Shown: positions 47,900 to 61,400, counted from the first letter of the stretch. The stretch: 64,000 bases of DNA from Isurus oxyrinchus (GCA_026770705.1 JANJGN010000008.1:155434001-155498000), one strand, 5' to 3'. The notes: generated by a model from the sequence alone, not told the origin. A program made the numbers and translations.

Positions 47900-49065
47900 G
47901 GCCCAGTGCAATAGATGCACCACAACTGGACTTTCAAAAGATTTTTGATACAGTACTGGATAGCAGACTTAATTTGGAAAGTAGAAACACATGATGTTAA
48001 AGAGACGATGGTAATTTGGATATGTAAATGGTTAGGAGATAGGAGACAAACAATAATGGTGAATGGATGTTTTTCTGACTGCAGAGCATGCAATAGGATG
48101 CCCCAGGCATTGGCATTCAGGCAATTAATTTTTTAATATGTAAATGACCTGGATTTGGTCATCGAGTACAATTTATGAATGATACCAAATTTGTGATACA
48201 AACTGCTGAAGTGAGCAGACACGTGGCAAATGCAATTTAATGTACATAAGTGTCAAGTGAGAGAAACAGCATGGAGAGGCAGTATAATCTAAATAGTAAA
48301 AATAAAATACTGCAGATGCTGGAAATCTGAAACAAAGAGAAAATGCTGGAAAATCTCAGCAGGTCGGACAGTATCTGTGAAGAGAAAAACTGAGTTGATG
48401 TTTCAAGTCCGTATGACAACTTCAGAGCTCTGAAGAAATGTCATATGGACTTAGACATTAACTCTGGTAATCTAAATGGTGCTGTTTTAGGGATGAAGTG
48501 GGGCTGCATGTTTGCAAACCCTTGAAAGTGGCAGTGCAAGATGGCAAGGCAATGGAAAAAAAGCATATGGGATACCTGCCTTTGTGAATAGGGGTATTAA
48601 ACACAAAAATAAGGAAGTCATGCTAAGCTTTTACAAATCGCTGATTAGTGTGTATAATACTGAGCACCAAAGCTTAGAAAGAATGTCAATCTTGGGAAGG
48701 TGCAGAAGAGATTTACCGCAATGACACCAGGGATAAGACAGCTCAGTTATGTGGAGATACTGGAGAAGCTGGAAGTGTTCTCTCCAAAGCAGAGAATATT
48801 AAAGAGAGACCTAATGGAGATGTTCAAAATTAAGGGTTTTGCTAGAGCAGGTAGTAAGAAGCTCAACTCTGCTCTTATAACAAGAGGTCATAAATTTCAC
48901 ATAGCCAGTAACTTAACGAGAGGGACAATACATTTGAAAGAAAACTAATTTGCAGAATTATGAAGAAAAAGCCTGGGGTGTGGAACTATATTGGACAGCC
49001 CTTCCAAAGAGCCAGTACAGGCAAAATGGTGTGAATGGCCTCCTCCTGTGCTGTGTGATTCTATT
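47900..49065 (+). mobile_element. Decayed CR1 (HER1-like) LINE 3' part, interrupted by a short insertion at 48298-48467
   Basis: Relic peptides WICKWLGDRRQTIMVNGCFSD, NRGIKHKNKEVMLSFYKSL, QKRFTAMTPG and RDLMEMFKI; tail ggcctcctcctgtgctgtgtgattcta. Confidence 0.88.
48298..48467. mobile_element. 170-bp Penelope-type insertion with internal palindrome and 13-bp target-site duplication
   Basis: Flanks taatctaaatagt (48285-48297) and taatctaaatggt (48468-48480). Imperfect inverted repeat 48392-48464 centred on GAGCTC. Confidence 0.75.
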
Positions 49066-49384
49066 ATATAAATAATTTATCTACTTTCTATAGCAGTATA
49101 TGCTTTGTTTCCCTATTTTCTTTGTGTACAAACCTGGTCATAACAGACTCAACTAGCAAAGCTCGATTGTAAGGATAGCCGCCACTGAGGAAGGAAATAC
49201 TGAACAAACCCTTTTCTGAAGCTAGGGTTAAGGCACATGTGAACACAGCAGAGGGATTTATCTGTGTTGTCCTAGACTTGGAAGATGTTTAATGCTGACA
49301 CTCAGTGCAAAAAGTGGGAATTGCTCTTCCACCCACCCAGTACTGACCTTAACGGACACTGAAAAATCAACAAATATTGATTAA

Positions 49385-49775
49385 TCTTCAATTTTCTTTC
49401 CTCCTGAAGGAGCTCATTCTGCCTGGGATACAATTCCATTGGCTCTGGCACCCAATGCACCACCCATGTAACTATTCTCCATGTGTGAACTGAGATCATG
49501 TATGTTTCCAACAGGACATCACAAGTTAAGCTTGATCCGGCGCTGAATGGATGCCCACCTCAATAAGAATTACTTGGAAACGACCAGGTCAGTTTAAACC
49601 CTTCCCCGATCCACCACCACCTATTTGTTCTGGTGCATGGAGCTGTACAATCAACAAAGATAACCAGCTGAACACAGACCAAAGATGCACCCTAGAACCC
49701 TATGAGGGTCTGAGGCGCACAATAGCATACACGACTGTCTTAGTCACAGGGTCATCTGAAGCCATAAGCAGCTAG
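49385..49775 (-). mobile_element. LF-SINE-like element, antisense
   Basis: tcctcctgaagg...caattccattgg...attctccatgtgtga...ggacatcaca...cagctgaacacagacc. Confidence 0.55.
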
Positions 49776-50399
49776 AACTGCTTATAGAAAACATCCTGCT
49801 GCAGTGTGTGCACAAACCTTGCAATCTGAAGCATGAAAGCTAATGTAAGATTGAAACATTTGTCCCTGGTACCTCCCGTGTTGCCATAGAATGGGAAAAG
49901 TTTGAGTGTTTGTTTACATGAGTGCTTCTGCGTGCGCACATACATGCAAACTGCTTCTGTAAACAAAAGTCATACTGCAGTGTATGTTCAGCTCTGGAGT
50001 AGATACCAATTTGAGTTGCATGTGCTGAAGTGAATGAAGCAGAAAATGGCATCAGAAAACAGTGCCAAGGAATTATTTGAACCAGCTGAATGTTTATTTT
50101 TCTGGCCATCACTGATTTCCAGGTTACTAGATTTGAAAAATTAATAATTTGATTGGTGCTACTCCCTTGTTGCTGATTGGGTGCTTTCTTCCTTGTCTAG
50201 CGAATGAAACTGGGATTGAGTTGGCTCCAATATTCCATTGATTAAATGTGAAGCAATCAGCAGAAAATGGATAGTTGGGACGATCACAAATTCTTGACCT
50301 TTGTGTTGTTGTGGGGATGTGATCCTGCAGACATGCTTAAAAAACATAGATTATGGAGTCCACACTATAGGAACACAAACTCTGGATTCAAATGAGAAC

Positions 50400-50500
50400 A
50401 TGATTCAAGGTCATCTCGACCTGAAATGTCGTCAACTGTTCCTCTCCACAGAGGCTGCCGTGGCCTGCTGAGTATTTGCAGCAGGTTGTTGTTTTTAGTT
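50400..50500. mobile_element. Penelope-type terminal repeat relic, opposite orientation to 18200-18340
   Basis: aggtcatctcgacctgaaatgtc...cctctccacagaggctgcc...cctgctgagtatttgcagca. Confidence 0.65.
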
Positions 50501-51169
50501 CAGGAACAGTATGTCCACTTTCTTCTGAGCACCCTGGTCTGTACACTGACCATTTTCTATTCAGCAAGGAGTGTTGAGAATGTGGAATGGGACAGGGGCA
50601 AGCAGAAGGAGATGGACACTTCCGGTATGGGCCCTCTCAGGGCATAGCTCTGATCCGAGCGGAGGAAGCATGCGAGGTGCAAAAGAGAGAACCTGGAGTC
50701 ATGGGTTTGTGGTTTTTTTTTTAACACTTCAAGACTTCCAGACCAACTGCATGATTCCGACACTTTATTTTCATTTCTGAACTCACCTTTCCTAACCCTT
50801 TGATGCCATTAGATACTTGCACATGCTTTTGCTCCACTCCTATCTTTGCTTGTCTCATTTAGATGACAGGTCCTCTGTGAGTGTCTTGCAAGTCATTCAA
50901 CCCATTAACTTCCCCCTACAATGGTTGGATTGTCGTCCTCTCATGCCACCCTACAAAGCAGCTTACTTTTCTTTCAAAATTGAAAACCGAAATATAGTTA
51001 TTGACTCAGAATATTGACCTCGCTATTCTGGATACAGATGATAATGGACTTATTGTATATTAATGGCATTTGCTGGGTGATTTTCTTCATATTTTGATAT
51101 TAGGAATAGTGAAGATTAGATGCTCCGATTTCAATCCTTTCCCTTAATCCAACCTCAAAGAGAAAAAGG

Positions 51170-51575
51170 AAGTCTTACATTTCTATAGTGTCTTATTTAC
51201 CTCTTTCAGAAGCATCTCAAAGCACTTCACATTCCTTTGATGTGTAGTTACCATTATTATTTAGGCAAACATGGCAGCCATTAGTACACAGTAAGATTCC
51301 GCAGGCTGCCCATTAAATAAATGACCATTTGCTTTTTAATGGTGTCAGTTGAGAGATGAATGTTGGCCAGGACACCAGGAGAAAATTATTTTCCAAGTAA
51401 TGCCAGAAGATCTCTAACAGCTACCTGAGCTTTTAACATCCCATCCCCTAGACACCTCCAACAGTCAAGCATGCCCTCAGCATTGGAGTGTTTCATTAGA
51501 TTGTGTGCTCAAGTTCTGCAGCAGGGTTGGAAACATTAATGTTTGAGGTATAAGTACTACAAACTGAACCAAGTT
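51170..51575 (-). mobile_element. DeuSINE, antisense
   Basis: aaacatggcagcca...atgttggccaggacaccaggaga...gattgtgtgctcaagtt. Confidence 0.7.
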
Positions 51576-52419
51576 GACACCTCTAAATGTGCCAATATGA
51601 CATTTCATCTCACTGTTCTGATTAAGTGAGTTTGTCGGTTTAGTTTGACTTGGTGCCGAACTGAATAATCTAATGCTGTACACACTCAAGTCCACTCAGA
51701 GCAGCTTTGACACTGTCTGAGATCATTTTGGACCATATTTGCTCCAACCATTCCTACTCTAAGCCAATTGGACCCACTCCAATGAAAGAACTGAATCATT
51801 AACTACAATGTATCAGAGTGAGCTACCTTACAAAGTGCAAACTGACCTTTACCCATTTCCACGGCGGGCCTGTTCTTCCAGTACCGATTTATAAAGGTGA
51901 AGGTAGATCTGCAGTTGAGCCACTATCACTGATAACTATACGTAACTACCTCCCCCTGTACTCCTTCAAAGTGTGACTGGGGCTGTAAACGGAAGCATAT
52001 CTAGGGAACACTGGGGTGCACCATGCTTTCCAATATCTAATAATTTGAGTTTTGAAGGGAAATGTTTTTTAGTTAGATGCAAACAAATGCAGATCTTCCC
52101 ATTCTAAACACAGCTGTTTTCAGTTTCAGTTAGAACAAAATCCTGGTACAAATTTCAGTGAAGACGACCTGTTGAAAATCTCACTCTGCAGCCTCATCTT
52201 ATGACACCATCATATATAATAAAACAGCAATCTGACCATCATCATAACTGTTAGCACCATTAGTTAATAAACAGCAGAGATCTATAATGTGAACAGCATG
52301 ATAATTACTATGTAGCAGTATTGCATAATTTGTACAGAAGCATTATAGCATATTATACAGCAACTTGTCTGAGTGGGGTCGATTGCCCCAACAGCTCTGG
52401 GGATGTCTACAATTCAATC

Positions 52420-52805
52420 AGAAAGCCTTGCATTTAATTTATTCAGAATTTCAAGACATCCCAAAAGGCTTTATAGCCAATAGAGTACTTTTGAAGAGCA
52501 ATCACTCTTGAAATGTAGAAAAAGCAACAACCAATTTGCACACAGCAGACTCCCAATCAGCAGTGATCAGATAATGTTTTTTAGTTATATCGTTTGAGGG
52601 GAAGCTACTGGTCAGGACACTTGGGATGACTCCCTTGCTCTGCCTCAAAATAGTGCCATGGGATCTTTCGCATCCACCTGTGCAACATTTCTTCAGCGCT
52701 GCACTGGAGTGTCAGCCTGGATTATGTGCTCAAGTCCCTTGGGGTGTCATTCAAACCCATGGACTTTTGACTCAGAGAAGAGTGTTATCACTCAGCCAGG
52801 GCTGA
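52420..52805 (-). mobile_element. DeuSINE, antisense
   Basis: ccaatttgcacacagca...aatagtgccatgggatctttcgcatccacctg...gcactggagtgtcagcctggattatgtgctcaagtc. Confidence 0.82.
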
Positions 52806-54269
52806 TGCCAATGATTCTATTACAGTAGATAGCTGCTCATTCATCTGCCTTACTCCAGTGTCAAGTGAGATGAACTGAGGTGCTCTTTTGAACCTGCCCA
52901 ATGCAAAAATTCCTGTATGTTGACCAACTTATCAAGCATCACCAGTTGACCCACTGACAAATCAAACTAAGTTTAGATGTTACTTTCTCATGCACAGAGC
53001 TGGCTTTTCTTGTTCTTAAAATGATCTGTAGCTCATCCTGCAGGAGGGTGCAAAGCTCTCCCAAGACTTAAGGATTGTAATGAAAGTCCTGGAGACATTA
53101 TTGTAATGAGATGTTAAAAAGCAAGTGCCACGTCTGTCAACCCTATTCACTGGGTTTCTCCAATGCTATCTGATTTGTCTGCCTTCCACGATATCCTTTT
53201 ACTCCCTTCAACAGGTGGAGCATGTGCAGAAGAATGCCCATCAAGAGTGCTATGCCAAAGTCTTGGACCACATTCCCCACATTCAGTGAAAATGGTCCCT
53301 CCGACATACTACAGTATTAAGCCTGATGCTCCCAAGGTGCAGGCCTGAACAGAAGTTCCAGAAGCAGCAAGAGAGGTTATAGTAACAACACGTTTTTGGA
53401 TGATTTTAGCCTTTGCAGTGCTCCTTTAAGAAATTATTTCTAACCACGGCATCAGGTTGTATCAGAAACACCTTTGGGGCATTGTTAAGTGGGTGAACTC
53501 TTAAGGCAAAACCAATGGCATCTGATCATCCTGTCTTAAACCCAGGGATCTGCCCTAAATTTTGACCATCGATTGATCAAACTACCTCATTTCTACCCTT
53601 GGTCCAACACATCGGACTTCTGGTTCCAGTAAGTCAGGTCCAGGTACTGTATGGTATTTAAATGGAATTAATTATCGCAGTCAGTGAATAATTGGACTAG
53701 GGTGAACAGATATATGTTTTAAGGTTTTAAATGTTGTCCTTATTTTTATATAATGTGTGGAATGTGTACCATTAGTACTAATTAAATAACAAACAGAAAT
53801 TTATAACGAAATAGGAAAACAAGAAACACAAGAGTAAAATTTTTTGAATATTACTCGTGGATTTCCCAAGGCAATGGGATCAATACTAAGCCAAGAATTG
53901 GTATTGGCTTATGCAGATGTAATTCTTTCATATTTTTATAAAACTTTCAGTGCCCACATTTATAATTGAAACTGGCAAATTGGCTATTTGGAGGTCCATT
54001 ATAGGAAAGATGTAAACACAGCCTGACAAGATTGTTTAGGAAATTGCCATTATAAACGTGGACATAGAAATTTATAATGGAAAAGAGTGGATCAGATGCA
54101 AATGTAAGATTTATAAAATGTTAGTTAGATATAACAGTGCTATAACCTGTACAGTATAATGATAATTTGATCATGTACAGTAATGCTCTTCTATAACCTA
54201 TGCAATATGATTATTATATAATAGTAGATCTCCCATGGGATTGTTCATGGTGAATTGAGATAATAAAAA

Positions 54270-54750
54270 ACTTTGCTGCCTGTGTCATAATTTGAAGTCC
54301 ACTCACCCATTTCCCCTTTGTTCACTGACTTATAATGGGTCACAGTTAAGCAATGCCTAAATTTTAAAATTCTTACCCTTGTTTTCAGATCCCTCCATAG
54401 CCTCATCCCTCCCTATCTGTAATCTCCTCCAGCCCTACAACACTCCTAGAACCCTGTGATATGCCAATTCTGTCCTTTTGAGCATTCCCAATTTTTAATT
54501 GCTTCACCATCGGTGACCATGCTTTCAGCTGCCATGGCCCTAAGCTCTGGAATTCCCTCCCCAATTCTCTACATCCCCATATCCCTCTTTCCTCAGTGTT
54601 CCTTCAAACCTACCTCTTTGAACAATCTTTTTGATCATCTGGCATAATATTGCCTTTTGTGGGTCACTGTCAAATTTTAGTCCATAACACTCCACTGAAG
54701 CACCTTAGGACATATTATTACATTATTGGTACTATATAAATGCAAGTTGT
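54270..54750 (+). mobile_element. L2-clade LINE 3' end
   Basis: Colinear with 9200-9680 (gttaagcaatgcctaaattttaaaattcttacccttgttttcagatccctccatagcctc...tatataaatgcaagttgttg). Confidence 0.85.
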
Positions 54751-55642
54751 TGGCATTGAATTAGATTTACTATTTAGTAACAAGAGATATTTAATGCACA
54801 ATCAATTGTTGGAACCATTGATTCACAGAAATAGATTAAACCAAATTCTGTGTTTAGTTCATGCTATTCTGGGTTCTTTTGTGGGTATTTTGTGATTGAT
54901 TTCTGTGACTCTACATTATTCTATGAACATTGTAAATGAGCAGAGCTGATTATTATCAGATATTTCTTTATCTATATTTTTTAACCTCTTTCCATGTTTA
55001 AATGTACAGCAAGGTTGCACACATGACCTATCAGCTTGGAACTAGATACCTGGCAATTAGTAGTACTGGGTCTAGCTGGGTTTTTGCAGCAGTAGGTCAG
55101 GTTTGGGGCTTTGGGAGGGGGTCTTTGGATTGGGCAGCATGGGGGGAGGGGTTCCCAGGCGTGGGAACTTATTTGTAATCTGAGGGAGACTGAGTTAAGT
55201 ATTTGTTCCTGAAAAACGCTGCTTTCTTTAAGTAAATAAGTTTCACAATATTAAACAACTATAAAGGTTTCACTGTATATCTTTCAAACATTAAATAAAC
55301 ATGTGAATGCTTACAGGAAATTAATTTTAATTTCAACCAGAAAAATTCTATTTCATCCCTTAGAGCATTGGGAGGAGTTGGAGCCATCTTTTCTCAATGG
55401 CTAGACTTGCTGTCAATTACAACCTCTCCCCAGATTTGCCTAAAAACCCTTTACCTAAAAGCCATAGCTTTTATTTTAATTTGAACTGAATAAAATGATG
55501 GAAAACAATAACTACCCCACACACTTCAGGTTTCCAAGCCAATAGCAATAGTTCCACCTGCTATAGATGTAATATAAATGACTCTTGTGTCAGCAGTGAG
55601 TTGTCTTGCATTGTAAATGTAAAGAGTGGGCAGGGCATTTAC

Positions 55643-55680
55643 CTCTCTCTCTCTCTCTCTCTCTCTCCCTCTGTCTCTCT
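55643..55680. repeat. (CT)n microsatellite
   Basis: Direct reading. Confidence 0.9.
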
Positions 55681-58051
55681 TGGCTTGATTTACTTTCTAA
55701 AGTAAAAACATTAATTGCTTTCATCCAGTTTATATTCAAATCACTTTCAAACTCCACACAAACTAAGACATTGTTATACAAAATCTAGCCTGATTTCTTC
55801 AGATAAAATGATGGGTTGTTCTGAATATTTAAAAATTAGAATAAAAACCAATGTGAAAACACTACTGTTCAAATCCTGTTTAAAGAGATTTTTGCCTTGT
55901 TTCCCATCCCCTCCCAGACCCTCTCTAACAATTTCTCTGTGATAGAAAAAGACTCAATGTTTACTTTTCTCAGTAAAATATTTGAAATTCACCCACTTTT
56001 TTCCCCCAAATAATTTAGGAAAGTGGCCAAATACAGTAGATATATCCTGTGACAAGCTGGAAAAAATCCTTCCCTGTGCAGAGCTGAGTCACTGCACACA
56101 CTCAGGTTACAGAATCGCCCTTCAGAGAGAGGATTATGCATTGTCCTGTAGAAAGGTATCAATGACTAGGCTTCTTAGAGAGGGTGAAGTCATGAGTTAA
56201 AAACTGTAATTAAGGTTATTAAAAGGCACCCCGAGATTCTATGAGTCAATTTAATGAAGTTATTGTGAAGGATGTCTTTTTTTTAATGTTTTGTTTTTTG
56301 AAACCATATTTTGACATTAGAAATTTTAGATTACTGAGGGGGAAAGGAGGCAGACCAAAGGTTATGTTTGGGTTACAATGCAGGTTCGGGGAGTAAGATC
56401 CTGAAGCTCAATGAAGATTGGAGCAGTGGGACCCAATGTGGAGGGGTCGAAGATGTGTAGCATACAGGGCCCTTTCTGGCCAACGAGCTAAAATCCTATA
56501 AATTTCTGAATTGTGATCGCTCCTCAGCAGCAATAATGATCATATCTCAGAAACATCCCAAGGGGGCCTCACGTACACTTAAATCGCCACGATACTCTGT
56601 GCCTGTTGTGTCTCCATCATGAAAGGTGCCACACCAGCAACGAGGAGAGAGGCCAAGTCACCTCTTCGTTGACCGGGGCGGGTGTTGGGTAGAATCTCAG
56701 GGGGGTGGGGGGGGGGGGGGGGGTGTTGGGGAGCATTGTGCCCTTTCACTTTCTCCAGGTGGGATGGGGGGGGGGGGGGTCACATCCAGTCGGCAGAATC
56801 CGACCCACCCCTTACCATCTACATCCCACCCCACAGTACGGCCCCCAGTACCTCAGCTCCAAGACATTACTGAAGTCGTCGGATTTTGGAAGTGGGCGGA
56901 CGGGGGTGGGGTGGGGATGGGAGGAGAGGAAGTGGGGGAGGGGGGGGAGGAATATTGGAAACAGCCCCATCAACAGCCAAGCGCCGCTCAGTGCGAGCAT
57001 TTGGACAAGATAGACCCCATCAAATAACAGGTGGGCATCTTCGACAGGTTGTGAAAATCCCTTTAACAACTACACGTACTTTCTTTCTCAATATCCTAAA
57101 GGATTGTCAAAGCAATGGAGCAAAACACACAGCTACAACCAAACTCATGATAATATATTTCAGTGTGACAAAAGAAATCTTTGAACTAGGTATCCAGGCT
57201 GCAGCACTGAAGCCCCTTCTCGGTCTGTCAATGATTGACATGGGAATACTAGTAACCCAGTATCCCGGGAATATCTTCTTGCCTAATCACCTGTTCTGGT
57301 CAATGCCGTTTACCTACGATATTTGAAGAGAACCATGGAATCCTGCAGGGTCTCCTTTCCCGGAGACTGTCTGCCCTGGAGTGTAAGCTTTCACATGACA
57401 TATCCGAATACGAAGATTTCGAAACTCTCCTTTTAAATCGGAGGGCTTTATCCAGCCTCAGATACCCTATTCCGGCCACCAGAACAACATCAAAGCTCAC
57501 CAGAGCAGCGGCATCTGAGAGGGGTAAATCACCCTGTATCAGTTAAAGCATCGAGTTATGAGTCACTGGTTTTGGGTCAATCTAGCCTTGGTATTCGCCC
57601 TCCCAACGCCAAGGTGTAAAAAAAAAAGAGGTGAAAGGACTCTTTTTGAATGATTCTCTTTTCCACAAATGGATATCGCGGGGCAGGTTCCCGGAGCCCC
57701 GGTTGGGAAAGGCAGAACTGAAATCAAATGGGATGAAGTTCCAAAGGGTGCGGCTTATATTTCTGTGAAAATGGGAGTCTTAATCGGACCTTTCTGCAGT
57801 TCTGTTCAGTATACACTACTCCACAAGTTCCTCTTGTCTCCAGGTGAATGCTGGAGAAGGCAGAATCCCCAGGGAACAGGAGAACAAGGGACAGGTGGAC
57901 AAGGCTCTAGTAGAAACGGGGGCATTACTCAAATAGACAGCCACAGGGTAAGGAATAGGAGAGGGTACTGCGGCTGGATTCGATTGGGAAAGCTGCTGAG
58001 GATTTTACAATCTTAAAGGCGGCCAATTAGATATATATTCTATAATCAAAT

Positions 58052-58440
58052 ATTTATCTATCCATCTATCTATCTATGTCTGTCTCTGTCTATCTATCTC
58101 TATCTGTTTCTGTCTGTCTATCTTTCCATTTAACTATCTATCTCTGTCTATCTATCTGCTTCTATCTACCTGTTTCTGTTTGTCTAGCTGTCTGTCTATC
58201 TTTATTTATCTCATTTTCCCTCCTGTTTTTCCTTCTCTTTTTAATGTTTCCTCTCATCTCTCTCCATCCCCTTGTTTCGCTCTCTCTCTCTCTCTCTCTC
58301 TGCCTCCTCCTGTTTCGTCACCTTCCTCTGTCTCACCTTCGCTATCTCTGTTCGTTTGTGAATCTCTCTACCTCCCTCTATCTGCCCCTCTCTGTACCTG
58401 TGTTCTTTCTCTCTCTCTCTCTCTCTCTCTATCTGCCTGT
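58052..58440. repeat. Degenerate (TCTA/TCTG)n and (CT)n pyrimidine-rich tract
   Basis: Direct reading; explains the Leu/Ser-rich spurious ORFs at 58076-58570. Confidence 0.9.
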
Positions 58441-61400
58441 CCCTAATTCCACTGCTGCCGCTGCGGCCGCTTATATACAGCCAGTTCTCAAAGGCAATCA
58501 ACCCCTTGATATATCTACATATAAATTTAATAATGACCCTTCATTATGGTTGAGCGGTGCGTGTACCTAAACAAGGAAGGCAGTTGCGAATATTCCCACA
58601 GTCCCTTCCATCTCCAAGTGCTGAGAGAATGCCTGTTTGATACAAGCTGCTCCGATTCTTCTCTCCTTTTTTTTTAGTCTTTTCACATGTTGGGATTCAT
58701 CTGTTTTTACAAGAGAGAGAAAAAAAAAACCAGAGGTAGAAAAGCCCTGGGTCCGGTCTCTCGCGTTCACTCTGTGCCAAAAGGACACTCTTTACGCATG
58801 TGAGTCACCTGCCTTCCCAAACTCCTTATTGTTTTTACAGTTCTTTTTTTTTTCCCTTTGACTTTTATGAAGCCTGTTACACAGAACCCCCCCCCCCCCC
58901 CCCACCCCACCCACAAAATGAGCTTCAAATTGGATACATATTGAGGGTCTTTTGTCTGTCGAGGGTCGTACGGGGCTAATTAAATTTGATCCCAACAAAC
59001 AAGACACGTCGCCATCCATTAATCCCAAGTCCGCTTTCATCCCACACTCGCATTCAGGGGCTGTGTACTATTTCTTAAAATATGCCCACTCAGTGAGTTG
59101 AGTCTATTGAGGAACATTTGCAGAAGGGCCATTGTCCTCGCGATCATGTAGCCATTTTCCATCAGAAAGGCAGGAGAACAGCCGCTTTGAGCTATTGAAC
59201 CAGGTTGGAGAGAATAGATCCCTTGAATACTAGGACATATTTACGCGTTTCCAACTTTTTATTTAAATGTGAGCGTCCCTCCCTCCCTCCCACTCCCGTG
59301 AAGGAGTTTTAACTTTTAAAAACTTTTCTTTTTAACCCCCACCAAAAAAAAAGAGACATTCACGCGACGGGCTGAGAGTTCGGCTGAACTTTTAAGTTCA
59401 AATAATTTTTGGGGGGTTTTCACCGAATTAGAGAGAGAGAGAGAGAAAATTGACGTTTTTAAACCGCTTTGACAATTTTTTTTTGCGAAAACGCATGTGG
59501 GAAAAAGGGGCGGGGGGAAGCGATTTAAATAAATGATAATAATATCTAGAACTGCGTGGAATGGATCGTGTAATGGGCGGTAACACTAGTGATTCGGCCC
59601 TTATAAACGGCCTCTTCTTTTAAAAAAAAATGCAATTTTAACTTTGATTGGAAATATACGTTGTTCCTTAGCCCCGAACCTCTCATCACGGTTTTCACAA
59701 TAAAATAACATTTAGATTTGAACCAACGACTGGTTTAGGAAAAAAATGTGGGGGCTCTGGAAATGGGCAGAACGGGCAGGGAGTGAGTGAAGGGCGCATG
59801 GAGAAACTGGGTGGAATTTAAATTCATGTCCTAGAGACCAAAATATATCCAGTCAAACTGTTGTGTGATCCTGTATTCGTTTTACGTACAAGATGAAACG
59901 ATTAGCAATCTAACTCCTGCATCCCTCTTTCCATTTTCAATCCATTTTTAATATTTAATTCGCCTTTTATCCGTTCCCAGTCGTCTATTTTCTATTCTTA
60001 TTTTTATTTGGGGAGGGAAAAAAAACACTTCCTTTTAAAATAAAGCTGCCACATTTCACGGCGCGTTCTGGACTTTGCTTTAATGTCAACTAAATCAGGG
60101 TAGGGTTTTCGGGAGAGAGGGATTGCCTGGAATCCGGGAATTTCCGGCAGATGTTGAACTCCGAGGCAAAGGTATAAAAAGAAACTCCATTGGATGGTTT
60201 ATATATATATATATTTTTTAAAAAATGCCTAACATTCAATGAGAACCTGGAATTATATTTATAAAAAATGTTCCCTTTAACGGTGAGTGAGGGAGATGGG
60301 CTAAAATCGATGAAGCAGTAAGTTGCAAGATCTCATAAGAGTTGAGCAGGCGCCCCTCTGTCCCGGTTATGCTCCCTGGGTCGAATGGCAACATTGGAAA
60401 ACGAATGAACTCCTTCTTTCCTTGTATTGCTTCCCCTCCCCCCTCCCCCTCCCCTCCCCTCTTTTTTATATATGTTGAACATAATAAATGTTGTTTAAAT
60501 TGCTATAAATGTAACTCATCCCAGTGTGTGGAGATTCTATGGGACCCCCTCTTAAGGAGCCAGCTCTGAAAAAGACAGCTGCCTTAGCACTAATCTCTTC
60601 TCCCCTGTCATTCATTCGCAAGTTTCTCCAGCAAAGACTCTCCCTCTCTCTCTCTCTCTCTCTGCATTTTAAATATATCGAGATGTTTTTATATCATTAA
60701 TTGAACCCCCGCTCCCCCCCCCCCCACCCCCGGCCCCCCCACTTCATTCATACCATTCCCCCATCCACACATATCCATTTTAACCCGCTCCTTCAACTCG
60801 GGACTTCAATATTTTAGTACGGGAAGTGGAGGGATAAGGGGATTGAATTTTTTTAAAAAAAAATATATACCCCCGTCCTTCGGGTGTCAAAGATCGCTTT
60901 TGTTTTCGATTTTTACAATAAAATCTAATCGAGAATGGGCGTTGAAAGATCAATCTGCTCCATCCTTTTTGATGTTATGGTCTGACCGCGGTGAGTGAGG
61001 AAGCAGGGAGTCCAGTAAAGATGTCCAGTCTGCGGGACACGGTGGGCCAGACCTGTCTTCCTGTGGATCACTCCGATCGCCCCTTGCCCAACACGCAAAA
61101 TGTATTTTAAATTGATGAAGGGACGGGCTAAGGGAAAATCCGACAAATATTGGAATCTTGCTGACCGCGCGCGGTCTGATCCAGCGGCAATGAATATTAA
61201 ACCGGGAACTTTCCCACTGGCCGAGGATCCCAAGTTTCAGCCCTAACTTTCGGGAAGCCGGGGAGCCGGGGCGAAGTTCCGCCACTCCAGTCACCGAGCG
61301 GTGTGAAATAAATTCCAGGTTTCAAAGACAGATTGAATCCCATTCCACAGATTATTGGGTGTGTTGACTCTAATGGGAGGGGGTGTAGGGGGGTGGGGGG

